From the NCBI RefSeq assembly GCF_000973505.1, contig NZ_CP010048.1:660001-692000 (forward strand): a stretch of 32,000 nt of DNA, in the 5' to 3' direction. Positions 11,225 through 21,119 of the stretch are shown here, piece by piece (position 1 is the first letter of the stretch; every line of letters starts with the position of its first letter). A program made the position numbers and the translations under genes. The notes under the pieces are model-generated. The model saw only the letters and a program-made list of their open reading frames with translations. It was not told the origin of the DNA and ran no database searches. Source of the stretch: Candidatus Saccharimonadota bacterium. GTDB lineage: Bacteria; Pseudomonadota; Gammaproteobacteria; Enterobacterales; Enterobacteriaceae.

Positions 11225-11283
11225 AAAAAAACAAAAAAAACGACAGTCACATCATAACAATAACAATATACAATACCAACTCA

Positions 11284-11303
11284 TTAATTCATTTTAATTC
11301 ATT
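11284..11303. repeat. Perfect 10-bp tandem duplication (ttaattcatt x2)
   Basis: Read directly: 11284-11293 is identical to 11294-11303. Confidence 0.9.
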
Positions 11304-12416
11304 ATCATAAAAATAAAAATTTAATAAATTTAAAGACGCATAGCTTACTTAAAGATAGAGGTATATAGCGTACTTAATAAATGCAGATAGATTAGATACA
11401 TAGCATATTATATAATATATAAATTAAATTTAAATAATTACGATAAAACACCATCCACTAAAAATCAAACATAATAACAAATCTACTAAGCTTAGGCGAT
11501 TAAATTAAAATATTGTACAAAATATTCATAACATACATGCATGACGATATATTAATATAATATTTATTAATATTTATAATGTAATAATAATATATATATA
11601 ATACAAATGTTTAAAATAAAAAACAAAAAACCAACACTAACATTAAATCAACCATGCTAAATATTATACTAACATCATAAATATTATCACAAATTTTACT
11701 GTACAATCTATTAAATGCAATATTGTATCACACAACTAAAAACACATTACCATAACGATTACAAACACCACATTTTACAAATATCAAAACATTTCACACT
11801 ATTGCAGTTATAAATAAAAAAATCACACATCAATAAAAACACAGTAACGCGCCATCATACACTCAATAATAGTATTATTATAACACAATAATAATATTAA
11901 TATAAATAAAATTATATCAAATATCAATATAATACACAACCAGTTAAAACTATTGCTATTATTAAAATTAACAAAATAAATTTAATTAATAATGACTTCA
12001 TAATTATTTAACCAATAATATTTTATCACATTGAAATTTCCACATATTATTATATCCTTTGCTGTATATAACACACTAATAAACAACCAAGAAACACAAC
12101 ATTTATTAATAAATATCATCCTTATCTTATAAGATTTAAATCTTAATACAATCCTCACTTTAAACAAAAATAAACATTCAGATGCCTTATATTTTACAGT
12201 GTACAAAAATAACAACAAACACAACACAAAAACTCACAACATAAACCAAAATAATTTTAGATCAACATCATTAATCAATGCAAAAAAACAATACATAATA
12301 CACCTATAATATAAATATATTATATAATATAACTAGATTATATATTTACATAATCTAATAACATTATCATAAAACTATTTAAATTATTTAAAAACATACA
12401 AAAAACTATCTACATA

Positions 12417-12454
12417 TAAAATATGACTACTAAATTAAAATATGACTACTAAAT
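12417..12454. repeat. Perfect 19-bp tandem duplication (taaaatatgactactaaat x2)
   Basis: Read directly: 12417-12435 is identical to 12436-12454, inside the gene-free rpsL-pabA spacer. Confidence 0.95.
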
Positions 12455-12523
12455 CTGTACATACCAATAAAAATAAAGCACAATTTTCTAGTATGAAATA
12501 ACTTTCAAAAAAACATTCTAGAA

Positions 12524-12545
12524 CCACAATACTACCACAATGCTA
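12524..12545. repeat. 11-bp tandem repeat, 2 copies with 1 mismatch plus a partial third (ccacaatacta / ccacaatgcta / caata)
   Basis: Read directly: 12524-12534 versus 12535-12545. Confidence 0.8.
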
Positions 12546-12736
12546 CAATAAATCATATCTAACACAAAATATCTAAAAAACATTGAACACAGACACAACT
12601 CAAATAAAAAAAATTAAAATCATGCAATCTAAAAAAATAACTTTCAACAATTATATATAATACTATAAACAACAAACAAAATCCCCACGATCACACGATA
12701 ACTATAATATAAAATACTAATCTAGACAATATGTCA

Positions 12737-13321
12737 TTATAATCTCATAAAATTTCTCAATAATTGACACCCATATTCACTCAACACGCTTTCTGGATGA
12801 AATTGAACCCCCTCTATTGGTAAATCACAATGCCTTATTCCCATAATTTCATCAAACTTATTACACTTTACACTCCAAGCACTAACTCGTAAACAAGATG
12901 GCAAAGTAGAAATATCTACAATTAAAGAATTATACCGTATAACTTTCAAAAATTGAGGTAATCGATAAAACACTCCTGTCCTATCATGATGAATGACAGA
13001 AGATTTCCCATGCATAATACAACGAGCATGAACAATTTTCGCACCAAAAAAATGGGCAATAACCTGGTGTCCTAGACAAACACCTAAAATAGGAATTTTA
13101 TTATAAAAACTATAAATTGCTGACAACGAAATTCCTGAATTATGTGGAGTACCTGGCCCAGGCGAAATTACTAATCGATTAGGTGATAATCGTTCAATAT
13201 CTAATACATTAATTACATCATGTCTACGCACCTCTACCTCAGCACCTAAATAACAAAAACACTGATACAGATTCCAAGTAAAAGAATCATAATTATCTAT
13301 AATTAAAATTTTTCTATTCAT
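12737..13321 (-). CDS. pabA: Aminodeoxychorismate synthase glutamine amidotransferase component (PabA/TrpG family)
   Basis: MNRKILIIDNYDSFTWNLYQCFCYLGAEVEVRR...ISPGPGTPHNSGISL...IPILGVCLGHQ...IMGIRHCDLPIEGVQFHPESVLSEYGCQLLRNF is collinear with E. coli PabA and carries the catalytic Cys and His-Pro-Glu motifs. I chose pabA over trpG from its stand-alone size and its position between rpsL and trpS as in E. coli. The start is the ATG at 13321. Confidence 0.85.
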   Translation of the reverse strand: MNRKILIIDNYDSFTWNLYQCFCYLGAEVEVRRHDVINVLDIERLSPNRLVISPGPGTPHNSGISLSAIYSFYNKIPILGVCLGHQVIAHFFGAKIVHARCIMHGKSSVIHHDRTGVFYRLPQFLKVIRYNSLIVDISTLPSCLRVSAWSVKCNKFDEIMGIRHCDLPIEGVQFHPESVLSEYGCQLLRNFMRL

Positions 13322-13720
13322 CTTTATACTATAAATAAACACACAAAACTTTACTTTCACTATACATTAATAATAACAAATAACAACATAACAACAATAT
13401 TAACTAAGCAATCTAATACTAAATCAAATTTTCTTTGAAAAAAATAAATAATTTATAAAGATTTTAAATGTCTCGAAAAACATAAAAAAATATCAGCACT
13501 TATATTTAAAAATAAATGAATACAACAACATAATATAACTTTGCAGCCACAAATAATAACTATTGCACAAACACTATTATTCTATAATATAGAAACAACA
13601 AATACACACAAAAAAGAACACTAAATCACTATTATAAAATCTGACATAATCATCAACATAACAATAAAGAAACAACATAATAACAAAAAACTCTCAACTA
13701 TTTTTGCTTACTCAAAATTA

Positions 13721-14734
13721 TTAATAAATATTACGATCAATAAAACCAACCACATCATACACATTTTTCAAAGTCTTCTTGGCAAGACAACGTGCCTTTT
13801 TCGCGCCATTATATAATACTTTAAACAAATATTTCTCATCCTGACGAAAAACACGATAACGATTTTGTAATATCATTAAAAATTCAGTTAACTCCTTTAT
13901 AACCTCCTGCTTCAAATGAACATACATCTTTCCCATAAACATAGATTCCAAATGTGAAACAGACTTACCAGTAAAAACCGACAATATTTCTAATAAATTA
14001 GAAATCCCTGGTTTATGAACTGGATCATATAATATTAATGGAGGATTATCAGAATCAGTAACTGCAGCATAAATTTTTTTTTCGACCAACTCAAGATCAT
14101 CTAAAAGAGCAATAACATTATTCTGATTAACATCAGATTTAGACATCTTTTTAGTTGGCTCTAATAAAGACATAATACGAGAACCACTTTCAGGAATAAA
14201 CGCATCAGGTATAGTAAAAACTGACGAACTATACATAGAATTAAATCTAGATGCTATACTACGACATAGCTCAAGATGTTGCTTCTGATCTTCCCCTATT
14301 GGAACATAATTAGCTTGATATAATAAAATATCTGCCGCCATTAATATTGGATAATTAAATACTCCCAAACTAATATTAGAAAAATTTCGTTTCATACGGG
14401 ATTTAAATTGAGTCATACGACACATTTCACCAAAATAAGCATGACAATTTAACAACCAATTTAATTGACAATGCTCATGAACATGAGACTGCATAAATAT
14501 TGTAGAAATATCTGGATTTATGCCACAAGCTAAACATAATGCTAAGACATCTATAGACCGAGACCGCAACTGATTAACATTTAAGTAATTTGTCACGGCA
14601 TGTAAATCAACTATACAATAAATACAATTGTGAGTATTTTGCAATTCTACCCATTGACGTAACGCCCCTATATAATTCCCGATTGTAATATCTCCTGAGG
14701 GTTGAATAGCACTAAACGAAATAGCTTGAGACAT
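13721..14734 (-). CDS. trpS: Tryptophan--tRNA ligase
   Basis: MSQAISFSAIQPSGDITIGNYIGALRQWV...CIYCIVDLHAVT...GEDQKQHLELCRSIASRFN...LLEPTKKMSKSD (KMSKS motif) matches E. coli TrpRS. The start is the ATG at 14734; the track ORF has a 21-codon hydrophobic artefact extension. Confidence 0.95.
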   Translation of the reverse strand: MSQAISFSAIQPSGDITIGNYIGALRQWVELQNTHNCIYCIVDLHAVTNYLNVNQLRSRSIDVLALCLACGINPDISTIFMQSHVHEHCQLNWLLNCHAYFGEMCRMTQFKSRMKRNFSNISLGVFNYPILMAADILLYQANYVPIGEDQKQHLELCRSIASRFNSMYSSSVFTIPDAFIPESGSRIMSLLEPTKKMSKSDVNQNNVIALLDDLELVEKKIYAAVTDSDNPPLILYDPVHKPGISNLLEILSVFTGKSVSHLESMFMGKMYVHLKQEVIKELTEFLMILQNRYRVFRQDEKYLFKVLYNGAKKARCLAKKTLKNVYDVVGFIDRNIY

Positions 14735-15057
14735 TCTTACATAATTCCATAAAACAAAAATCACTATTAATAATAATAAAAACAAAATAATTAACAAAAA
14801 TACATATAAAAAACATTATAAAATTATATAAATGTTGAAAAATTAATATATAATTATTTTACAGTAATTAAACATCACACTATCCCATAATCCACAACAA
14901 TCTGAGAAATAACATATTTAACAACAGACAATACCAAAAAACAATAACAATGATTAAATTACTACAAAATACATTAAACTCCGTTAATAACCACAATCAT
15001 TATTAAAAATTAAAATAATATCACTCAAAAATAAAAATATAAAAAAATATTAAATCA

Positions 15058-15720
15058 TCATAACAAAGCAATACGCAAACTATCAATCATTGATCGATAA
15101 TCTAATTGATGAAAAATCTCTGAACCTATCACAAAAACATCAGCACCAGCATTAGACACACAAGAAATGTTACCAAGTTTTATACCACCATCCACCGATA
15201 ACAAAATATCACACTCACTTTGAGAAATCAACCGACGAACTTGCTTAATTTTATTCAAGACAATAGGAAGAAAACTTTGACCACCGAAACCCGGGTTAAC
15301 TGACATCAACACAATCATATCAAGTTTTTCTATTACATATTCTAAATAAATACAGGGAGTTGATGGATTAAATACTAAACCAGCTTTACAACCATTATCT
15401 TTAATTAACTGCAAAGAACGATCAACATGATCGCTAGCTTCCAAATGAAAACTAATAAAATCAGCCCCTGCACGAATGAACTCTAATATCAAATTATCTA
15501 CCGGTGTTACCATTAAATGAACATCAACAGGTACAGAAATACCATATTGTCTTAAAGATTTTAACACCATTGGACCTATACTTAAATTAGGAACATAATG
15601 ATTATCCATTACATCAAAATGTATCAAATCTGCACCAGCAGATATAACCCGAGAAACATCCTCACCTAAAACAGCAAAATTAGCCGACAAAATCGAAGCA
15701 GCAATTAATGAACGATTCAT
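15058..15720 (-). CDS. rpe: Ribulose-phosphate 3-epimerase
   Basis: [17 protein letters not shown]...[28 protein letters not shown]...DVHLMV...[13 protein letters not shown]...VDGG is collinear with E. coli Rpe. Confidence 0.95.
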   Translation of the reverse strand: MNRSLIAASILSANFAVLGEDVSRVISAGADLIHFDVMDNHYVPNLSIGPMVLKSLRQYGISVPVDVHLMVTPVDNLILEFIRAGADFISFHLEASDHVDRSLQLIKDNGCKAGLVFNPSTPCIYLEYVIEKLDMIVLMSVNPGFGGQSFLPIVLNKIKQVRRLISQSECDILLSVDGGIKLGNISCVSNAGADVFVIGSEIFHQLDYRSMIDSLRIALL

Positions 15721-16077
15721 TATTTATAATTCCCAATTAACACACTAATACAAAAAAATACAAATAAAAATTAACAATGAACACTAAACATTTAAGATTA
15801 TACACTCACTAACAGAGTTAAAATATTACACATCAAGGACAACAAACAAATATTAAATCAATACAAACTCTATTTAATAAGTATGACACATCATATATTA
15901 CTAAAAATCACAAAACACAATCAATTAACATTAATGCATAAAATATTATATTAACGTTAATAAACACCGTTATATAAGATTTATATATATAATAATACAA
16001 CAACTCAAATCAATCACAAAATTTAAAGTTTTAGAATAATAATACATATTACAATTTTAACTCCCTGTTGTATCACA

Positions 16078-17178
16078 TTACATATCCCCTAATATACCCC
16101 TAATAGATTCTTTAACTAACCTATGTGCTATATTAGTACATACTCGTGCATGACCAATCGAAACTGGTAATATCAAACACAAATCATCTGAAATATTCTT
16201 TTTATCGCGAATCATATAAGATAAATAATCACCTATTTCCATTGTTTTTGGAGGGGAAATTGGCAAACCAGCACGTGATAAAAGTGATCGAATACGTTTT
16301 AAATCTACATCGCATAAATAACCAAGCATACAAGAAAGATTCGCAGCCATTAATATACCTACTGATACTGATTCCCCATGTAACCACTCCTGACTATATT
16401 TAAAATAAGATTCAATAGCATGAGCATATGTATGCCCTAAATTCAATAATGCCCGAACACCACTTCCTTGATCATGTTCATCATTTGTTATTACAAAACT
16501 TTTCAATTCACAACAACGACGAACACAATAAAATAATGATGAAACTTCTAAATTTAAAATATTTTCTATATTACACTCAAGCCATGCAAAAAAATCAGAA
16601 TCAAAAGCAATGCCATATTTAATAACTTCTGCCAATCCAGAAGAAAACTCTCTAGACGGCAATGTATATAAAAAATCTAAATTAATAATAACAGAAATCG
16701 GTTGATAAATAACACCAATCATATTCTTAGCAAGAGCATGATTAACCCCAGTTTTTCCTCCAATAGAAGCATCAACCTGAGCTAAAAGCGTTGTGGGTAC
16801 CTGAATAAAACGTACACCTCTTTGATAAGTGGCCGCTGTAAATCCTACTAAATCTCCAATAACACCACCACCAAAAGCAATTAATATCACATTACGGTTA
16901 TGCCTTTTTTTTAATAATTCAGTAATAATATACTCAAACATACTTAACGATTTATAAGACTCACCTGACGATATAACTAATTGGTCTACACTTACACCAA
17001 AATCACTTAAAGATTTACATACAAAATCTAAATATATTGAAGCAATATTATCATCAGTAACCAACATCACCACTTCACCACTCTGTAATGAAGACCCAGA
17101 TAACAAAGAAGAAAATAAACCAGATCCAATAACAATTGGATAACTACGTTCTCCTAATTCTACAACAATTTTTTTCAT
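16078..17178 (-). CDS. aroB: 3-dehydroquinate synthase
   Basis: MKKIVVELGERSYPIVIGSGLF...GGGVIGDLVGFTAATYQRGVRFIQVPTTLLAQVDASIGGKTGVNH...GLAEVIKYGI...RALLNLGHTYAHAIE...WLHGESV matches E. coli AroB. The start is the ATG at 17178, 43 nt downstream of aroK. Confidence 0.95.
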   Translation of the reverse strand: MKKIVVELGERSYPIVIGSGLFSSLLSGSSLQSGEVVMLVTDDNIASIYLDFVCKSLSDFGVSVDQLVISSGESYKSLSMFEYIITELLKKRHNRNVILIAFGGGVIGDLVGFTAATYQRGVRFIQVPTTLLAQVDASIGGKTGVNHALAKNMIGVIYQPISVIINLDFLYTLPSREFSSGLAEVIKYGIAFDSDFFAWLECNIENILNLEVSSLFYCVRRCCELKSFVITNDEHDQGSGVRALLNLGHTYAHAIESYFKYSQEWLHGESVSVGILMAANLSCMLGYLCDVDLKRIRSLLSRAGLPISPPKTMEIGDYLSYMIRDKKNISDDLCLILPVSIGHARVCTNIAHRLVKESIRGILGDM

Positions 17179-17221
17179 CAAATTTCTCAAAACCAATAAC
17201 TAACATTGCATGAATTCATCA

Positions 17222-17746
17222 TCAACCACAAAAATTTAACATATGAATAATCTTATTGACAATCATCTTCGCATTCTGTTCATCAGTACATATGACGAAA
17301 TCAGAAATCTCTTTATATAATGGATTTCTTTCATTAGCTAATTTTTCTAAAACATTTTGAGAGTCATCCACGACTTGTAATAACGGACGTTTCTTATCAT
17401 ATTTCGTGCGAAAAAATTGTTTAGTAACACTAGTTTTTAAATATATCACGAAACCACGAGCCGAAAGACAATTCCTTGTTTTCAAAGACTGAATAGAACC
17501 ACCACCAGTAGCTAATATAATGCCATGCTTACTAGCTAATTCAGAAATAACCTTCTCTTCTCGTTCACGAAACTTCTCTTCACCTTCAACATCAAATACC
17601 CAACTTATATCTGCACCAGTGCGATTTTCAATTTCAGTATCAGAATCAAAAAAATCCATATGCAATTTCTGTGCAAGCTGACGACCTACCGTACTTTTAC
17701 CAGCCCCCATAGGGCCAACAAGAAATATATTACGTTTTTCTACCAT
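17222..17746 (-). CDS. aroK: Shikimate kinase I
   Basis: [67 protein letters not shown]...KKRPLL...LANERNPLY is near-identical to E. coli AroK. Confidence 0.95.
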   Translation of the reverse strand: MVEKRNIFLVGPMGAGKSTVGRQLAQKLHMDFFDSDTEIENRTGADISWVFDVEGEEKFREREEKVISELASKHGIILATGGGSIQSLKTRNCLSARGFVIYLKTSVTKQFFRTKYDKKRPLLQVVDDSQNVLEKLANERNPLYKEISDFVICTDEQNAKMIVNKIIHMLNFCG

Positions 17747-19081
17747 TTTTATATAATTATTTAATTATTAATCAATCAAACAATAAATACATAATAAAAA
17801 CAACACACACCACTAACTTCAAAAATTACTATAATTATCTTAAATTCAAAAAATATCATACTAAATTAATAATAATTGCGATTCATTATCCAATACAAAC
17901 CATAACATTGGATTTACAAATACAACATTAAAAACAAATTCAGTCTTGTTCTCAATATTAATGAATGTCCAAAAAATTTATATTTCACAAATGTATATTA
18001 ATACTAACATATTTTAATACACGTCTACATACCAAAAACTCATCCATAAATACTATTTGCAATTTAATCTATATTTATAAACATATAAATAATAAATATA
18101 AACAAACAAAAAATGTAATTATCACAAACAAAAGTATATCTCATGAATTAATAAAAATCTCACAAACATACACAAAATATTAATCAAAAAACATGATATC
18201 ATAAAAATAAGATATTAATTATCAAAAAATACGTATAACCACTTTTTTATCTTCCAGATAAAAAATAGACATTAATTAAAATTAATATTTATAAACAAAT
18301 ACCTAAAATAATTTACCTTATACATATATCTGATATTTACAAACAGAAATATCATAACAAACAATCCATTAAATCAATCTGTAAAATATTTTCTCATCAT
18401 ATTGATTTAAAAAAACAACCATCACACAATCTGGTATATTTACTATCCATCAACAAAATTATTAACAAAAAAATAAAAAAACAACTATCACCATATTGCT
18501 AACTTATCTAAATTATACCACAATAAATTTAAAAAAATATTAATACTAAAACAATAATCAAAAAAATTATAACATCAAAAAACAAATCATGATAATCAAA
18601 AAAATCAATGAAAACCAAATACTAACAATAATAAATCTATAAAAAAATGAACCAAAAAATATCAATCACAACACTAAAAATTTCAAATACAATTGATACT
18701 AATCAATAACAACTAAAGATAAAATATTTCACAATATTAAATACAATTTTTAGACTTCTTGCATGATCATAACAATCAATTAAAAATTGCATACATATCA
18801 CACCACAACACATTCTTGAAAACACTTAACAAACACTCTTCTAATAATAAACCACCATAACTAATCTCCATATAATATAAAAAAATTAAACACACATGTA
18901 ATATATAAAAAAATACATCTAAACAAATTTAATTAATAACAACCTATAATTTAACCAAATTCTATTTTCTATACTAAAAAAATAAAATATAATAATCCTA
19001 ATTCTATTTTCATACCGTTTAATAATAAAAATAAATCTTCATAACCAAAATAATACTTAAAACTATTCGGAAATCTACACT

Positions 19082-19666
19082 ATGATAAAAATCACTAAAC
19101 TTGCTCAAGAATACTTTTTAGAATTGTTATCTAAAAAAACGTTCAATACTCAAATACGTGTATTTGTCATCAATCCAGGCACTCAATATGCAGAATGTAA
19201 AATATCTTACTGTTCTCCACAAACCATTAAAAACACTGATATTAAATTACAATTTGATCTAATATCAATATTTATCGATCAAACTAGTAAAAAATACCTA
19301 CAAAACGCAAAAATCGATCTTATCACTAATCAACTAGAATGCAAACTAACATTAACAACACCAAATATAACAAAACAAACACATAAAAAATATAATAACA
19401 ACGCCACTCTATTAAAAAACATTGAAAATGTTATAGAATCCCAAATCAATCCACAATTACAATACCACGGAGGGGAAATTAAATTAATAGAAATCACACA
19501 AGATCTATTTGTTATACTAAAATTCATGGGCGGTTGTAATGGGTGCTCCATGGTATCTTACACTTTAAAAGACGCAATAGAAAAAAAATTACTTAATTTA
19601 TTTCCAGAGCTAAAAGGCATAAAAGACATTACTGAACATATACACGGATCACATTCATATTATTGA
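19082..19666 (+). CDS. nfuA: Fe/S biogenesis protein NfuA
   Basis: MIKITKLAQEYFLELL...TQIRVFVINPGTQYAECKISYC...SQINPQLQYHGGEIKLIEIT...GGCNGCSMVSYTLKDAIEKKLLNLFPELKGIKDITEH..GSHSYY is collinear with E. coli NfuA, including the CxxC motif. Confidence 0.92.
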   Translation: MIKITKLAQEYFLELLSKKTFNTQIRVFVINPGTQYAECKISYCSPQTIKNTDIKLQFDLISIFIDQTSKKYLQNAKIDLITNQLECKLTLTTPNITKQTHKKYNNNATLLKNIENVIESQINPQLQYHGGEIKLIEITQDLFVILKFMGGCNGCSMVSYTLKDAIEKKLLNLFPELKGIKDITEHIHGSHSYY

Positions 19667-19772
19667 TATTATTACTAATATTAAAAATAAAATCATTACA
19701 AATAACATAATAATCACATAACAATAATATTTTAAAAAAACAACACGATTACCATATTAACAAAACAAAAAA

Positions 19773-20885
19773 TCACAACAATTTCAGTAACATTCTTCGC
19801 AAAGGCTCAGCAGCACCCCACAACAACTGATCACCGATACTAAACGCTGATAAATAAAGGGAACCAATATTCATTTTCCTAAGACGCCCAATCGGTACAT
19901 TCAATGTCCCACTAACAGCCACCGGAGTTAACTCATGCAATGAACAATCAGGATCATTGGGAATAACACGAACCCACCGATTATGAGCAGATATAATCTT
20001 CTCAATATTTAATAAAGAAACATCTTTCTTTAATTTAATAGTAAAACACTGAGCATGACAACGTAATGATCCCACACGCACACATACACCATCTATACAC
20101 ACTGTATCATCATCCACAATTCCAAGAATTTTATTAGTTTCTGATTGACCTTTCCATTCTTCTCTGCTTTGCCCCTTATTGTCTGAAATTTTATCAATCC
20201 AAGGAATCAAACTACCAGCTAGAGGGACACGAAAACAATCAACATATAACGAATTACCACGACTTAATTGTGTTACCTTTCGCTCAATTTCTAAAATTGA
20301 TGCAGATGGATCATGTAATAAATCAACTACTATATTATACAATTGTCCCATCTGTAATAATAACTCACGAATTCCCTGTGCACCATAACCAGAAGCAGCC
20401 TGATAAGTAGATACAGATATCCATTCTATTAAATTTTCTGCAAATAAACCCCCTAAAGACATTAGCATTAAACTAACCGTACAATTACCTCCAATAAATG
20501 TTTTCACACCCTGATCAATAGCACGATCTATTAATTTACTATTAACCGGATCTAAAATAATAATACTATCATCCTGCATTCTTAATAATGAAGCACTATC
20601 AATCCAATAACCCAACCAACCATTCTCTCTTAATTGTGAATACACCACACTAGTATACTCACTCCCTTGACAAGTAACAATAATATCTAATTCGCTTAAT
20701 AAGTCTAAATTCCAAGCATTCTGCAAAACTTGTCGCTGATCATTAATAGTTAAAATAGATTGACCAAACTGTGATGTAGAAAAAAAAACAGAGGAAATAT
20801 TCTTAAAATCATGTTCCTCATGCATTCGATGCATAAGTACGGAACCAACCATACCCCGCCAACCGATAAAACCAACCCGTTTCAT
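19773..20885 (-). CDS. asd: Aspartate-semialdehyde dehydrogenase
   Basis: [21 protein letters not shown]...[11 protein letters not shown]...ILDPVN...[19 protein letters not shown] (active-site Cys)...[15 protein letters not shown]...[16 protein letters not shown] matches E. coli Asd. The start is the ATG at 20885; the track ORF adds 31 non-homologous codons. Confidence 0.95.
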   Translation of the reverse strand: MKRVGFIGWRGMVGSVLMHRMHEEHDFKNISSVFFSTSQFGQSILTINDQRQVLQNAWNLDLLSELDIIVTCQGSEYTSVVYSQLRENGWLGYWIDSASLLRMQDDSIIILDPVNSKLIDRAIDQGVKTFIGGNCTVSLMLMSLGGLFAENLIEWISVSTYQAASGYGAQGIRELLLQMGQLYNIVVDLLHDPSASILEIERKVTQLSRGNSLYVDCFRVPLAGSLIPWIDKISDNKGQSREEWKGQSETNKILGIVDDDTVCIDGVCVRVGSLRCHAQCFTIKLKKDVSLLNIEKIISAHNRWVRVIPNDPDCSLHELTPVAVSGTLNVPIGRLRKMNIGSLYLSAFSIGDQLLWGAAEPLRRMLLKLL

Positions 20886-21000
20886 ATGATTTATCTCTAA
20901 AATTTTTGATTTTTTAACTAACCCATTACTTTTATCAAACAAAACAAAAATCTTAAGTATCTTAAAATATAGTACCATCCAGTTAAATATATACTACACA

Positions 21001-21024
21001 TATATACTCAAAATTGAGTATATA
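21001..21024. promoter_or_regulatory. 24-bp dyad-symmetric element in the divergent asd/yhgN intergenic region (function unknown)
   Basis: TATATACTC-AAAATT-GAGTATATA has perfect 9-bp arms (21001-21009 and 21016-21024). A further direct copy of ATATATACT lies at 20988-20996. The element sits 116 nt from the asd ATG and 96 nt from the yhgN ATG. Confidence 0.25.
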
Positions 21025-21119
21025 CTTTATTATAACATCATATCAAATAAATTTTATTATTTAAGATACATATAAATTTAGTATTATACATTAAAGATAC
21101 TACCAAAAAGGAATTAATA

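Noticed and set aside
11982-12227. 81-aa minus-strand ORF in the rpsL-pabA spacer
   Set aside because: The translation (MLCLLLFLYTVKYKASECLFLF...) is the F/L/I/K/C/Y-rich output expected from translating the G/T/A-rich strand. I see no similarity to any gene from the ancestral interval. My rough estimate is that about one ORF of this length is expected by chance in about 10 kb of such spacer. It would need conservation or ribosome profiling data to be revived.
12417-12454. Tandem and direct repeats as a possible CRISPR array or mobile-element ends
   Set aside because: Only two adjacent copies are present with no spacers, and there are no cas genes. No terminal inverted repeats bracket a transposase-sized ORF. 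The tRNA cluster is not followed by an integrase or island. These are slippage duplications.
14881-14900. DnaA-box-like 9-mers (TAATCCACA at about 14889 and CTATCCACA at about 25305) and long AT-rich tracts that might suggest an origin
   Set aside because: These are isolated single matches of 8 out of 9 positions, kilobases apart. There is no cluster, no flanking ori-linked genes, and no switch in strand skew anywhere in the window.
17965-18183. 72-aa + strand ORF in the aroK-nfuA spacer
   Set aside because: The translation is N/K/I/T-rich and low-complexity, with no Shine-Dalgarno sequence visible and no family resemblance. It is most likely a chance ORF.
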